A model generated the notes under the pieces. It did no database searches. It had not been told where the DNA came from and saw only the letters and a list, made by a program, of their open reading frames with translations. A stretch of DNA of 63,422 bases, filler included, from Nemertoderma westbladi (taxonomy: Eukaryota > Animalia > Xenacoelomorpha): NCBI GenBank assembly GCA_032718475.1. It is 3 parts of 3 records of this genome, joined end to end, with 100 filler letters (N's around TTAATTAATTAA, not from the genome) between each part and the next. Parts side by side here need not be neighbours in the genome. Positions count along the whole stretch, not along the records: positions 1 to 24,724 come from JAUCBJ010002684.1; 2 more parts are not named here. One strand, written 5' to 3'. A program made the translations under genes and the position numbers. Shown here piece after piece: positions 12,562-22,554 of this stretch; position 1 is the first letter of the stretch; each line of letters opens with the position of its first letter.

Positions 12562-15088
12562 GCATAATTCACAATTAAATTATATTTATGAATGTCCCGG
12601 AATCGATATTTTGATTTTTCGAATTTCGAGTAGTGAAATACAGTAATTATATCATTAATAGACGCATTGCAGGACCTGCACGTGGTATAGTTAGTTTTAG
12701 CAGGTTCGAAAAGCTTAAAGTTGTATCAGAATAACTGAATATTATCATATTATTTAATTATTAAATCAATGTAAAATAATGTAAATTCAAAGTAAAATAA
12801 TGTAAATTCAATGTAAAATAAATCTAAATTCACTTTAAAAACGAGGTGGCAGTGAATTTCCTTCATTGCAAGTGTTGACTTGACACATATGATGATATAC
12901 ACATTTGATATAATTTAATAAATAATTCCAACTATCAAAATAGTTAACAACCTGACAATTCCTGAAAATATAATTTTATCTATTTTAAATCTGTTTTTAT
13001 GATAATTACTTACGCCTTTGTTTGATGATTTGAATTTTTATCGTTGCATTACGTTAAAAATGAGTTTTAATTTACAGGTTTTGGAGGAGTGGCGGTTGCG
13101 GGAAGATCCATGGAGGGTGTAGAAGACAACGTTTTGAATACAGGAGGATCTGTGGAGGATGTGGAAGACGGAGTGGAAAGTACAACGGGATCTGTGGAGG
13201 GGGGAGACTGGATGGGAAGTTCAGGAGGATCTGTGGAGCTCGAGAGTGGGGATGAAACTGATGAAGCATTTGATGAACTAACTGATCTGTTATCATAGTG
13301 ATACAGTGATACTTAATATAACAAACATAATCGACCGTATATAATGTTTTATAATGCATAATCAACGGGTCGACGAACTGCAGTTTCTATTGTTGGTTAT
13401 CCGAGATCGTGTCGACTTCCGGATTAATCTCTAGTTCTAGTAGGAATTACTCAGATTTCTCTGGGACGATTCCATAGGGATTCACACCGACTAACACTTA
13501 CTTGTGAAGGTCATGGCGGCGAGAATACTTGCGTTGGCTCACCGTTCCGGTGGCCCTCTGGTGGATATCGTGTCCCCGGACCCGGCAGACTGCGACGGAT
13601 TTCTAGCGGATTCCCTCGATTCCTACGTGGAATCCATTGATAGGATATTCGCCATGTCGGAATCGGATTCGTCTCGACGCGACGAAACGCGCAAAATTAT
13701 GATAATAGTAGTGTAGTTATATTTTGAACGGTTTTCTAATGCAATTATATTGTGCTCGCTGGTTTGTGAAATTATTATTCTAGTGACTTTGGTATATTTG
13801 TTTTAAAACAAATTGAAAACTTCAGGATAATATTATAGAACGAAATATAGCTGTACGTTTTGTTGTTAAAATGTTTTAATAAACTTTTTATAAATAAACC
13901 TTAGAGAAGCTTTATTAGGAGGTGTTAATGGGATCAGTTACCGGGATAGCTGGATACCTCCAACTCGGGAAAATAAATCTAGGTTAATTTATATCACCAC
14001 TTTGTGATTGATTGTGTTGATTGGTTGATATCGGGCGTTACATTGTGTGACAATTGTTACAGAAATGGATATCTGTTTTTCTTAATTATTTGTTACCAGG
14101 AGGTCGGGGCTATTGGGAAATTACCATCATTGAATTTGGCGCATCGAAAGCTTTTTGGTGATATATAATATTGCTTACTTTGGGCAACGTTTTTTTACAA
14201 AAAAAAAATGATTTTATTTGACCACTTTTTGTGAGTTTGAGCTTGAGCCTCTTACATTTGAAAATCCCCCCAATTACTGAAAATTGGTAGGAACGTTTGA
14301 AATTCTCATTACTTCGAAGTCGTTTTCTTAAAACTTTGTTGATATTTGGTCATAAGGTTGCTAATTTTCAAAACTCAATATATCTTCCAACTTCATAACG
14401 TATTAAGCGGAGAATCCTATAGTATCCATTACATTTGGTTTTTTTTTCATAAGGGCCTAAGTCAATATAAACAATGTAATCAATATTCACTATTATGAAA
14501 CACTGAACAACCTGCTACCTTCACTGCACACTTACACATTTTACCATTGATTATGAACCAGTACAATTATATATGAATTTATTTACACTTAAATTGAAAC
14601 CATATTGCTCATGACACATATTTCATTGTGCTGTAATTAATTAAGTTTATTGCTGAAGACCGCATTGATGTTTTGTAGCAGATGGGGTGGTGGACAGATG
14701 AGAGTGTCTCTACTGTGCTTAAGAAAATGTGTTCCATAATATGATTCAACAGGACTCATTCAATACGGTAACATGACTCATTCAATACGGTAACAGGGCT
14801 CATTCAATACTAAATACTGCATATAACAATTGTAGGTGATGTATACAGGTATACCATCGTTTTAACCATAATTGGAACAAGGGGGGGGGGGGGGGGGGGG
14901 GGGGTGATGGATCGCAATTGTCACATGAAAAACATATGTGTATCATACATTATTATCCTTATGGAACACATGTGAACTGTCACATATTGATCACATGCGA
15001 CAACACTGTAACATTTACATATATGTTACACATGTCGAATTATGTGTGGCAACCATATATGAAACACATACTCATGTTTAACTGGGTT

Positions 15089-15190
15089 TCGAGGTTCGAT
15101 CGTGAACGTGCCTACAAGGAAAGGCAGCGACGTAGACTACAGAATCGTCCATCCGCAACACTATCCAACAATGTTGATAGGGTTGACTGA
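15089..15190 (+). CDS. LINE ORF1, 3' remainder (33 aa + TGA)
   Basis: Joining 1249 to 15089 gives in-frame ...YFDKDL|SRFDRERAYKERQRRR..., resembling the ORF1 C-terminal DL(S/T)xxxR motif. Confidence 0.85.
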   Translation, partial: SRFDRERAYKERQRRRLQNRPSATLSNNVDRVD

Positions 15191-15196
15191 CAATTA
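15188..15196 (+). promoter_or_regulatory. Candidate stop-codon readthrough signal TGA-CAA-TTA
   Basis: Matches stop-CARYYA; followed by 53 sense codons in frame with the ORF2 ATG at 15350. Confidence 0.6.
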
Positions 15197-15349
15197 ATAT
15201 CTACTGCTAATGGTACACCTACACATCCCATACCCCACCCCCACCCCCATATATTTTCCCAACTGGCACGTCATAATTTCCCTACTACCCCTATATCATC
15301 AACCACAACTGCCAATACATACAATCCTATCACTAACCCAGCTCCATCC

Positions 15350-18277
15350 ATGATTTCAGGTGGGTCTGACATTACTATCCATACCCCAAGTGCCTCAGCT
15401 GCAGGCACAAAGCAGCTTAACATCCTTTATACTAATGCTGATTCCTTACATAACAAACTCAGTAATTTGCAAACACGAATTGCAAGTTTCCAACCCGACA
15501 TTATTGCAATTACAGAGGTTTTACCGAAAAACAAAATATTTGAATATAGTATAAAAGATTACGCCCTAGACGGTTATAACAGTGAACATCATAATCTGGA
15601 CGACTCGTTTTGTCAACGTGGGATCATAATCTACACAAAGAATAACAATTGTGGAACATCTATGGACTTACGTACCATCAGATTGAGATACACTACATTT
15701 TCGGAGATTGTTTTGATACAATACATCTACCAATATCTAGGCAAAAAAGAGACAGTTATATTTGGATGTATTTATTGTAGTCCTAACTCCACCCCGGACA
15801 ATAATAAAGAGCTAATCAGTTCCATTAATTTATTGTGTAAAGAAAATAATCCTACTCAAATAATATTAGTTGGTGACTTTAATATGTCTGAGACACAGTG
15901 GACAACTTTGCAAACATCAAATTCAGAGGAATCTGAAATTCTTTGTTGCTTTCAGGACAACTACTTGAGCCAACATGTCGACCAACCCACCCGCTTTCGC
16001 GAAGGAAACATTCCACGCATCTTAGACCTAGTCCTAACATCTGAACGTGACATGGTAGATAAAATTTCCTACACACCCCCTCTTGGAGCTAGTGACCACG
16101 TTGTCCTCGAGATTAGCCTGACCACACTTTCAAGTCCAGCATCACCTGTAACTGAATATAAAGTATTATCAAAGGCAAACTATAATGCAATGGCGACATA
16201 TATACAGTCATTCAATTGGATAGAAGTCCTAACACCAATGGATACAACTGAGGCATGTGCATGTCTTTACAAAACTCTCGAGTATTGTATACATAAATAT
16301 ATACCTGTCAAAAAATGCCGTTCATACAACTACCCCAAATGGATGACCAGGGATGTGCGCAAACTCATTTCCCTGAAGAAATCAGCATGGCGAACCTTCC
16401 GGAGGACCAATACACCTTCTGCCTACAACACATATAAACAAAGGAGAAATATTTGCAATGATGCTGTGAAAAAATCCAAACAAGATTACGAGCGCTCAGT
16501 AGCACTAGCAGCCAGCAAAGACCCGAAACAGTTCTGGAAATTTGTGCGGTCGAAAACAAAGTCTCGCGGCACAATAGCCTCCTTGAAAGACAAGCAGGGA
16601 AATATAGCAACATCTAATGTTGACAAAGCAGAAGTTTTGAATCAACAATACTTTTCTACTTTTACTACCGAGGACACACATTCTGTTCCTGATACATCAA
16701 CCTCAATTCCAGAAGCAACAATTAACTGGGTAGAATTTACACCATCTGTGGTGGAACAAGCTGCATCTCAGATAAACTCATCTGGTGCCCCTGGCCCTGA
16801 TGGAATCTTCCCGATACTCATAGTGACACTCATCGCCGTACTGGCTCTACCCCTCTCTATTATTTTTCAGAAGTCGTTGGAAAGCGGCATTGTTCCCCAG
16901 CCTTGGAAGGAAGCAAATATTACGCCTATATTCAAGCGTGGAGTCCGCTACCTTCCTATAAACTACCGGCCTGTTAGCTTGACCTCGATTCTCTGCAAGC
17001 TAATGGAAAGAATCATAGCCAATAACTTATACTCTTTCTGGAAAGAGTTCTCTCTGCTAACCATGGCACAGTATGGATTTCAAAGAGGAAAGTCATGCAC
17101 AATCCAACTCATTGATGTTGTGTTCCAGTGGGCAAAGGCCCTGGATGAAGGCAAATGCATAGATGTTGTATACCTAGATTTCCTCAAGGCGTTTGACACT
17201 GTGCCACACCAGAGATTAATTAAAAAGATGGAGAATATGGGGATTTCTGGTTCCCTGCTTGTATGGCTCAGGTCATTTATTACAGGTCGCTGGCAACGAG
17301 TTGTAGTTGGCGGGTCTCACTCCAAATGGGTTCCCGTTCTTAGTGGAGTACCTCAAGGGAGTATTTTGGGCGTTCTTTGCTATCTGGGATTTATTAACGA
17401 TCTACCGGACGCTGTGACATGGATAATACACCTCTTCGCAGACGACACTAAGGACAGTGCCATATTTACCCCATCCCCATATCTAACATGCGGGCCCCTC
17501 CAAAACGATCTTGACAACCTTTACAGATGGAGTGTCGTGTGGCAGCAGCTATTTAATAATGACAAATGCAAAATTATGCACATAGGAAGGACAAACCCAA
17601 AGTTTGCTTACACCCTGGGAGATATTACCAACCAGCATCACCTTGCGGAAACTACAACAGAAAAAGATCTTGGTGTTTACTTCCAGAATAATCTACATTT
17701 CAGCATCCACATCGCCAACATTGTTAAGAAAGCAAACAGCCATCTTGGTCTTATATACCGCAGCTTTAATCATATAGATGGCGATATATTTCTTGGGTTA
17801 TATAAGAGTATGGTTCGTCCCATTCTTGAATATTCATCTGTGGTTTGGTCTCCAAAAAAAATTGGCGAATCGAAACTAATCGAAGGAGTACAACGCCGCG
17901 CGACGCGGCTTGTCTCAGGTCTCCGTGATCTCGATTATCCTTCACGCCTTCGTAAGTTGGGTCTGCCAACGTTGGAATACCGGCGCCACCGCGCCGATAT
18001 GATCCAAGTCTATAAACTGCTGACCGGTCTCGATAACGCAGACTACCGCACTTACTTCACATTGGATCCTTCCAGTCGTCGCGGACACTCTCTGAAGTTA
18101 TTCAAACCTCGGGCGCGTTTGGTATTATGTAATGACACCTTTAGCTATCGAGTAATCGACGATTGGAACAGTCTTACCGAATCTGTTGTTTCATCGCCGA
18201 CTCTAAACACATTCAAGTCAAGGCTAAACGAACACTATAAGAATTTGCCATTGAAATTTTCCCCATCCTGGTGGTAG
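15350..18277 (+). CDS. LINE ORF2: APE endonuclease + reverse transcriptase, 975 aa, intact
   Basis: YTNADSL, ITE, GDFN, LDLVL, SDH (APE); PGPDG, YRPVSLTS, QYGF, LDF.KAFD, GVPQGS, FADD (RT); CR1-type C-terminus. Confidence 0.95.
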   Translation: MISGGSDITIHTPSASAAGTKQLNILYTNADSLHNKLSNLQTRIASFQPDIIAITEVLPKNKIFEYSIKDYALDGYNSEHHNLDDSFCQRGIIIYTKNNNCGTSMDLRTIRLRYTTFSEIVLIQYIYQYLGKKETVIFGCIYCSPNSTPDNNKELISSINLLCKENNPTQIILVGDFNMSETQWTTLQTSNSEESEILCCFQDNYLSQHVDQPTRFREGNIPRILDLVLTSERDMVDKISYTPPLGASDHVVLEISLTTLSSPASPVTEYKVLSKANYNAMATYIQSFNWIEVLTPMDTTEACACLYKTLEYCIHKYIPVKKCRSYNYPKWMTRDVRKLISLKKSAWRTFRRTNTPSAYNTYKQRRNICNDAVKKSKQDYERSVALAASKDPKQFWKFVRSKTKSRGTIASLKDKQGNIATSNVDKAEVLNQQYFSTFTTEDTHSVPDTSTSIPEATINWVEFTPSVVEQAASQINSSGAPGPDGIFPILIVTLIAVLALPLSIIFQKSLESGIVPQPWKEANITPIFKRGVRYLPINYRPVSLTSILCKLMERIIANNLYSFWKEFSLLTMAQYGFQRGKSCTIQLIDVVFQWAKALDEGKCIDVVYLDFLKAFDTVPHQRLIKKMENMGISGSLLVWLRSFITGRWQRVVVGGSHSKWVPVLSGVPQGSILGVLCYLGFINDLPDAVTWIIHLFADDTKDSAIFTPSPYLTCGPLQNDLDNLYRWSVVWQQLFNNDKCKIMHIGRTNPKFAYTLGDITNQHHLAETTTEKDLGVYFQNNLHFSIHIANIVKKANSHLGLIYRSFNHIDGDIFLGLYKSMVRPILEYSSVVWSPKKIGESKLIEGVQRRATRLVSGLRDLDYPSRLRKLGLPTLEYRRHRADMIQVYKLLTGLDNADYRTYFTLDPSSRRGHSLKLFKPRARLVLCNDTFSYRVIDDWNSLTESVVSSPTLNTFKSRLNEHYKNLPLKFSPSWW

Positions 18278-19078
18278 TACCGTATAATAATTAATTAATT
18301 TAATTAACCATCGCCATCCAAATATCAACATTTATTTTATTTAAGATTTAATTTGTATGAAATGTAATTATGTGAATATTAGCAATTTTTGAGTGGAGAG
18401 AATTATTTTTATCGTTTCTTAATCCTTTTAGGCTATCTATCTTTTTATATCACTTATCATTTTGTCACTTGTGAAACACAACTAATTTTTACCATGGTTC
18501 AAGTTCATGCTATTCTAAAAAATCGAAAGTGTACGTGTCATTACAAATTGGACAATGCTATTGTCAATGCATTTATTTTATTATACAAACAGTACCGCAG
18601 GTGAATATAATCACTGTACATGTACATACATACAGTGATTATGACTATTTTATTTATTTACTCATTTAACAGTGTGTATATATATATATAAATATCTTTT
18701 GTAATATGTTTGCCAATCTTAATTATTTTAATGCTTCCTTTTACTCGTTAGTCGTTACACTGTCTAGCGTCACTCTACCTTATTTTATTTTGAGCTGTTG
18801 ATGCAACTTTTTTTTTATAAATGATTTTATTCAGCCCGTGTTTTACACTACACTACGATTTACATGTGTCATGCATACTGTGTACTATTGCCCTATTTAT
18901 AATCAATCCGGACAGACGTATTTCCATAGTAACTAACTGTATTGCATGCTTTAAATGTGCCAGTATAATATATTTTACTTGCCTCTTTTCTTACTTACTC
19001 TACGTAAAACAAAATACCGGTATATTGTCTCAAACTAATTTAACAGTACTTTATTATTGTGATATATTTGTGAATTAT

Positions 19079-19144
19079 GGGTGCTAAAAGTATATACACT
19101 TTCCGTATCACCCTTTTAACTATTAAACTATTAAACTATTAAAC
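19079..19144 (+). other. LINE 3' terminal stem-loop and 8-bp tail repeat (TATTAAAC)x3
   Basis: GGGTG (19079-83) pairs with CACCC (19109-13), with an inner AAAGT/ACTTT stem; tail at 19121-19144. Confidence 0.7.
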
Positions 19145-19208
19145 CTGTTGGTTTATTAGCTCCTGTAGATTAGCAGAGTACTGCCTGTTCAGGGGCCTAG
19201 ATGCAGCC

Positions 19209-20150
19209 TTAACTGCATTCTTGGCCGCGGGCATATACTGTACGAGAGTTTTTTATCATAGGTCTTCGAAAATAAGTAAAAGCTGGTTGATTTTCTTTAC
19301 TTTCATCTTCCTCATTAACCAACTGTTTCTTAATTTTATTCAATTGTTCATTAATTTTCAGTAATTTACTTTTATTTCCCAGAACCTGTCTTAATATCTC
19401 TTCTCTATTTTCCTCATTTTCTTCCATTTGTTTAATAAATTTCCGCATTTGATTTTTGTTTCCTAATATTTGTCTCAATGTCACCTCTTTATTTTCTTCA
19501 TTTTCCTTCAAATGTTTAATAATTTTCCGCAATTTATTCTTATTTCCAAGTAATTGTCTCAATATTTCCTTATTATTATCATTTTCATCATCTTCTTCAC
19601 TTTCCTGACCTTCACTTTCTTCATCCTCTTTCTGACCTTCACTTTCGTCATCCTCTTCCTGTTCTTCACTTTCTTCATCATCTTCCTGTTCTTCACTTTC
19701 TTCATTCTCTTCCTGACCTTCGCTTTCTTCACCCTCTTCCTGACCTTCACTTTCTTCGTCATCTTCCTGATCTTCACTTTCTTCGTTCTCAACCTCACTC
19801 TCTTCAACTTCATCTTGACCCTCACTATTTTCATTCTCCATCTCATCATCCTCTTCTTCTTCATCTTCCTCACTCAAATTCTCATCATTTTCTAGGGGTA
19901 ACCGTTTTTGTATCCCTTTCAAAATATTCATAACTTTATGAAATTTATTTTCCATTGTCTGTTTTATATTTAATATATCACGCTCATCTCTCTTTTTCTT
20001 TTCATCTTCACTAAAAATATCTTCGGAGTTTTTAAATTTCTTTGGTAATGGATCCATTAGTTTATCCTTTCTATGTCTTTCCATATGACGAGATAGATTG
20101 TCTTGTCTCATTTCTTTATTACAAACCAAACATCTTTCATAACTAGGCAT
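19209..20150 (-). CDS. 313-aa protein: N-terminal C2H2 finger, acidic 9-aa repeats, three LRQxLGNK repeats; probably mobile-element derived
   Basis: CLVC...MRQDNLSRHMERH; 27-bp EDDEESEGQ-type repeats; uninterrupted ORF. Confidence 0.6.
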   Translation of the reverse strand: MPSYERCLVCNKEMRQDNLSRHMERHRKDKLMDPLPKKFKNSEDIFSEDEKKKRDERDILNIKQTMENKFHKVMNILKGIQKRLPLENDENLSEEDEEEEDDEMENENSEGQDEVEESEVENEESEDQEDDEESEGQEEGEESEGQEENEESEEQEDDEESEEQEEDDESEGQKEDEESEGQESEEDDENDNNKEILRQLLGNKNKLRKIIKHLKENEENKEVTLRQILGNKNQMRKFIKQMEENEENREEILRQVLGNKSKLLKINEQLNKIKKQLVNEEDESKENQPAFTYFRRPMIKNSRTVYARGQECS

Positions 20151-20921
20151 TATATAGCAATGTCAATTGATATTATGAATTTTCGCTGAATGATTTTACA
20201 AAATTTTAAATAAATAAAACTTTTATGAAAATAAATAAAACTTTTAAAAATAAAATTAGAGAATGAATGGGAATGCGGTGAATGTGGGCTATTATAGAGG
20301 GAGGCTAGAATGGAGTTGTGAAAGAAGAATAATCTATTGCAAAACCAGATGTTTATTATAATTTTCTTAGGCGATTTGACAATGGTTTACATGATAACGA
20401 ATGATAATTTAAATAATTTAAACTTTGTGGCAGCCCAACGTTGGTATACAGTATAACTCAACATAGGATTCAATGGTGGGGTTAGTCATGCTACGTCTAA
20501 TAAGAGCCCAAACGGCCGCAGATTATTGAGGGATTGAACCAGGGCCAAACTGGTCCATTTTATTTTCTTGAAAGGGTAATTTATGTTTTGGGCCCCGCTC
20601 GCGTCTTTATATTTCATTCTATCATTCTATTGTACGGCAAAAATAATACAAATGTACTGTATATTGTATTGCACAGTGCCTATTGTATTGTATATTTCAT
20701 TTGCTGTAGTACAATTTATTCATCTCGCGTCCCTATCTGATTGATTTGTGTCAAATTAAATTGCCTTTGGCAACATTATTTGATACAAATCGATTGATTA
20801 AACAATTAATTAATTGTTTAATCGACTAATTAATTAATTGTTTAATTAATTAATGACCTACTTAACACCCAAGGTGCGAAGTGGGTCTAACTGTCGCCGA
20901 AAGGGGGTAACCATTACTACT

Positions 20922-21528
20922 ATTGTTGTTATTAATTGTTGTTATTAATTGGTGTTATTAATTGGTGTTATTAATTGTTGTTATTAATTGTTGTTATTAA
21001 TTGTTGTTATTAATTGTTGTTATTAATTGTTGTTATTAATTGGTGTTATTAATTGTTGTTATTAATTGTTGTTATTAATTGTTGTTATTAATTGTTGTTA
21101 TTAATTGTTGTTATTAATTGTTGTTATTAATTGTGTTATTAATTGTAGTTATTAATTGTGTTATTAATTGTTGTTATTAATTGTTGTTATTAATTGTTGT
21201 TATTAATTGTTAATTGTTGTTATTAATTGTTGTTATTAATTGTTGTTATTAATTGTTGTTATTAATTGTTGTTATTAATTTTTGTTATTAATTGTTGTTA
21301 TTAATTGTTGTTATTAATTGTTGTTATTAATTGTTGTTATTAATTGTTGTTATTAATTAATTGTTGTTATTAATTGTAGTTATTAATTGTGTTATTAATT
21401 GTAGTTATTAATTGTGTTATTAATTGTTGTTATTAATTGTTGTTATTAATTGTTGTTATTAATTGTAGTTATTAATTGTGTTATTAATTGTAGTTATTAA
21501 TTGTGTTATTAATTGTTGTTATTAATTG
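20922..21528. repeat. 13-bp minisatellite (ATTAATTGTTGTT)n, ~46 copies
   Basis: Read directly; variants GGTGTT, GTAGTT and 12-bp units. Confidence 0.95.
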
Positions 21529-22411
21529 CGTAGTTTTGTAAACAACAACTGTAAAATTTGTTGTTTTATTGCGATATTTATATTAATATGGTGTAAGCCG
21601 AAGCCAAAATGTGTAAAGTGAAAATCATTTCCAATAATAATACCATAATACAGGAGATTATAAATCTTCTAATAAACCTTCGCGCAGCACGTGAGTGGAT
21701 CAATCTTTAAAAATATTTGAAAATTTAGGATTATCGCGATTGATAATATAATTATATAATTATTTACTATTGTTACAATTAATAATTACATAATTAATAT
21801 ATCGAATCAGCAAAAATCCTGTCAGATTTTCATTATTATCAGTATTATCGATACCAACAAGCTCCATAAGTTATTCCAGATCTGCTAATGCATTGTATTC
21901 AGTTAAATAATTAAATTCCACTTCCATAATTTAAGATATTGTTACTGTACAAAATTATAACATAAACAGTCAAACACTATAACACTACTAAAACCCAAAA
22001 ACAGATAAGATAAACACTAATTGGAATTTCCCTCATAACAAAATATTTATCAGATGATTTATTGCAAAAAATGTTCAATTTTGATGCGCATTTTTCTCAG
22101 AACTATGAAAAATGCCAATAGGTCCCTTTCTATTGTTAAAGTTATTTACGAACCGACAAGCCGACTTCAGGGCGTTCATTCTATCAGATGAAAAAAGTGA
22201 TGAGTTATAAAACAGCTTACGTCAACGTATATATTATAACGTATTTAACCGAAATAAGCTCTATTTTATAACTCATAACTCCTTTCTATTGTGACCGCCA
22301 CATATTATGCTTGGGGAACACCCCGCTTGGAGATTGTTGGAATGGACAAAAACAACCACCATGCTAGCAGCTGTCCAATTCAATGCAAACTGGATAATGA
22401 CACCAGCTGAT

Positions 22412-22424
22412 GTTGCTTAGCAAC
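22412..22424. promoter_or_regulatory. RFX X-box-like palindrome GTTGCTTAGCAAC
   Basis: Perfect 13-bp palindrome resembling GTTGCY-n-RGCAAC, 130 bp upstream of the FERM gene ATG. Confidence 0.4.
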
Positions 22425-22554
22425 AACGCCAAACAATGCTCCTGTGCCAACCCGTCCACCGGTTCAATACAGTTCTGTTAGATTTTAGATGACTGAAAAA
22501 TAGTTAAATTAAAATATTGAAAAAATAACATGAATCTGATATTCAATAATTAAC

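Larger units (their letters stand above)
1250..15086 (+). mobile_element. CACTA/EnSpm (CMC superfamily) DNA transposon, 13,837 bp including nested inserts
   Basis: TIRs CCCAGTTAAACATGA(A/G)TAT(A/G)TGTTTCATAT at 1250 and, inverted, ending at 15086. TT duplicated at 1248-1249 and 15087-15088. CATATG/ACATAT-rich subterminal regions. Internal CMC-type transposase. Confidence 0.9.
54..19144 (+). mobile_element. CR1/L2-group non-LTR retrotransposon (LINE), near full length, interrupted at 1250-15086; 5' boundary approximate
   Basis: ORF1 (335-1249 + 15089-15190), APE+RT ORF2 (15350-18277), ~0.85-kb 3' UTR ending in a stem-loop and (TATTAAAC)x3. The 5' end is not defined by a TSD. Confidence 0.85.

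Noticed and set aside
13504-13716. 70-aa ORF in a GC-richer patch inside the CACTA
   Set aside because: GTG start, no recognisable motif, and no long frame on the opposite strand.
14881-14904. Poly-G/poly-C tracts (also ~49801, ~50338, ~62788) as functional G-quadruplexes
   Set aside because: Homopolymers with no supporting context; lengths unreliable.
14918-15088. N-terminal part of the 90-aa ORF
   Set aside because: It is CACTA subterminal/TIR DNA; only 15089-15190 is real coding sequence.
19554-19895. Phe-rich and Lys/Met-rich ORFs
   Set aside because: Shadow frames of the acidic repeat in 19209-20150.
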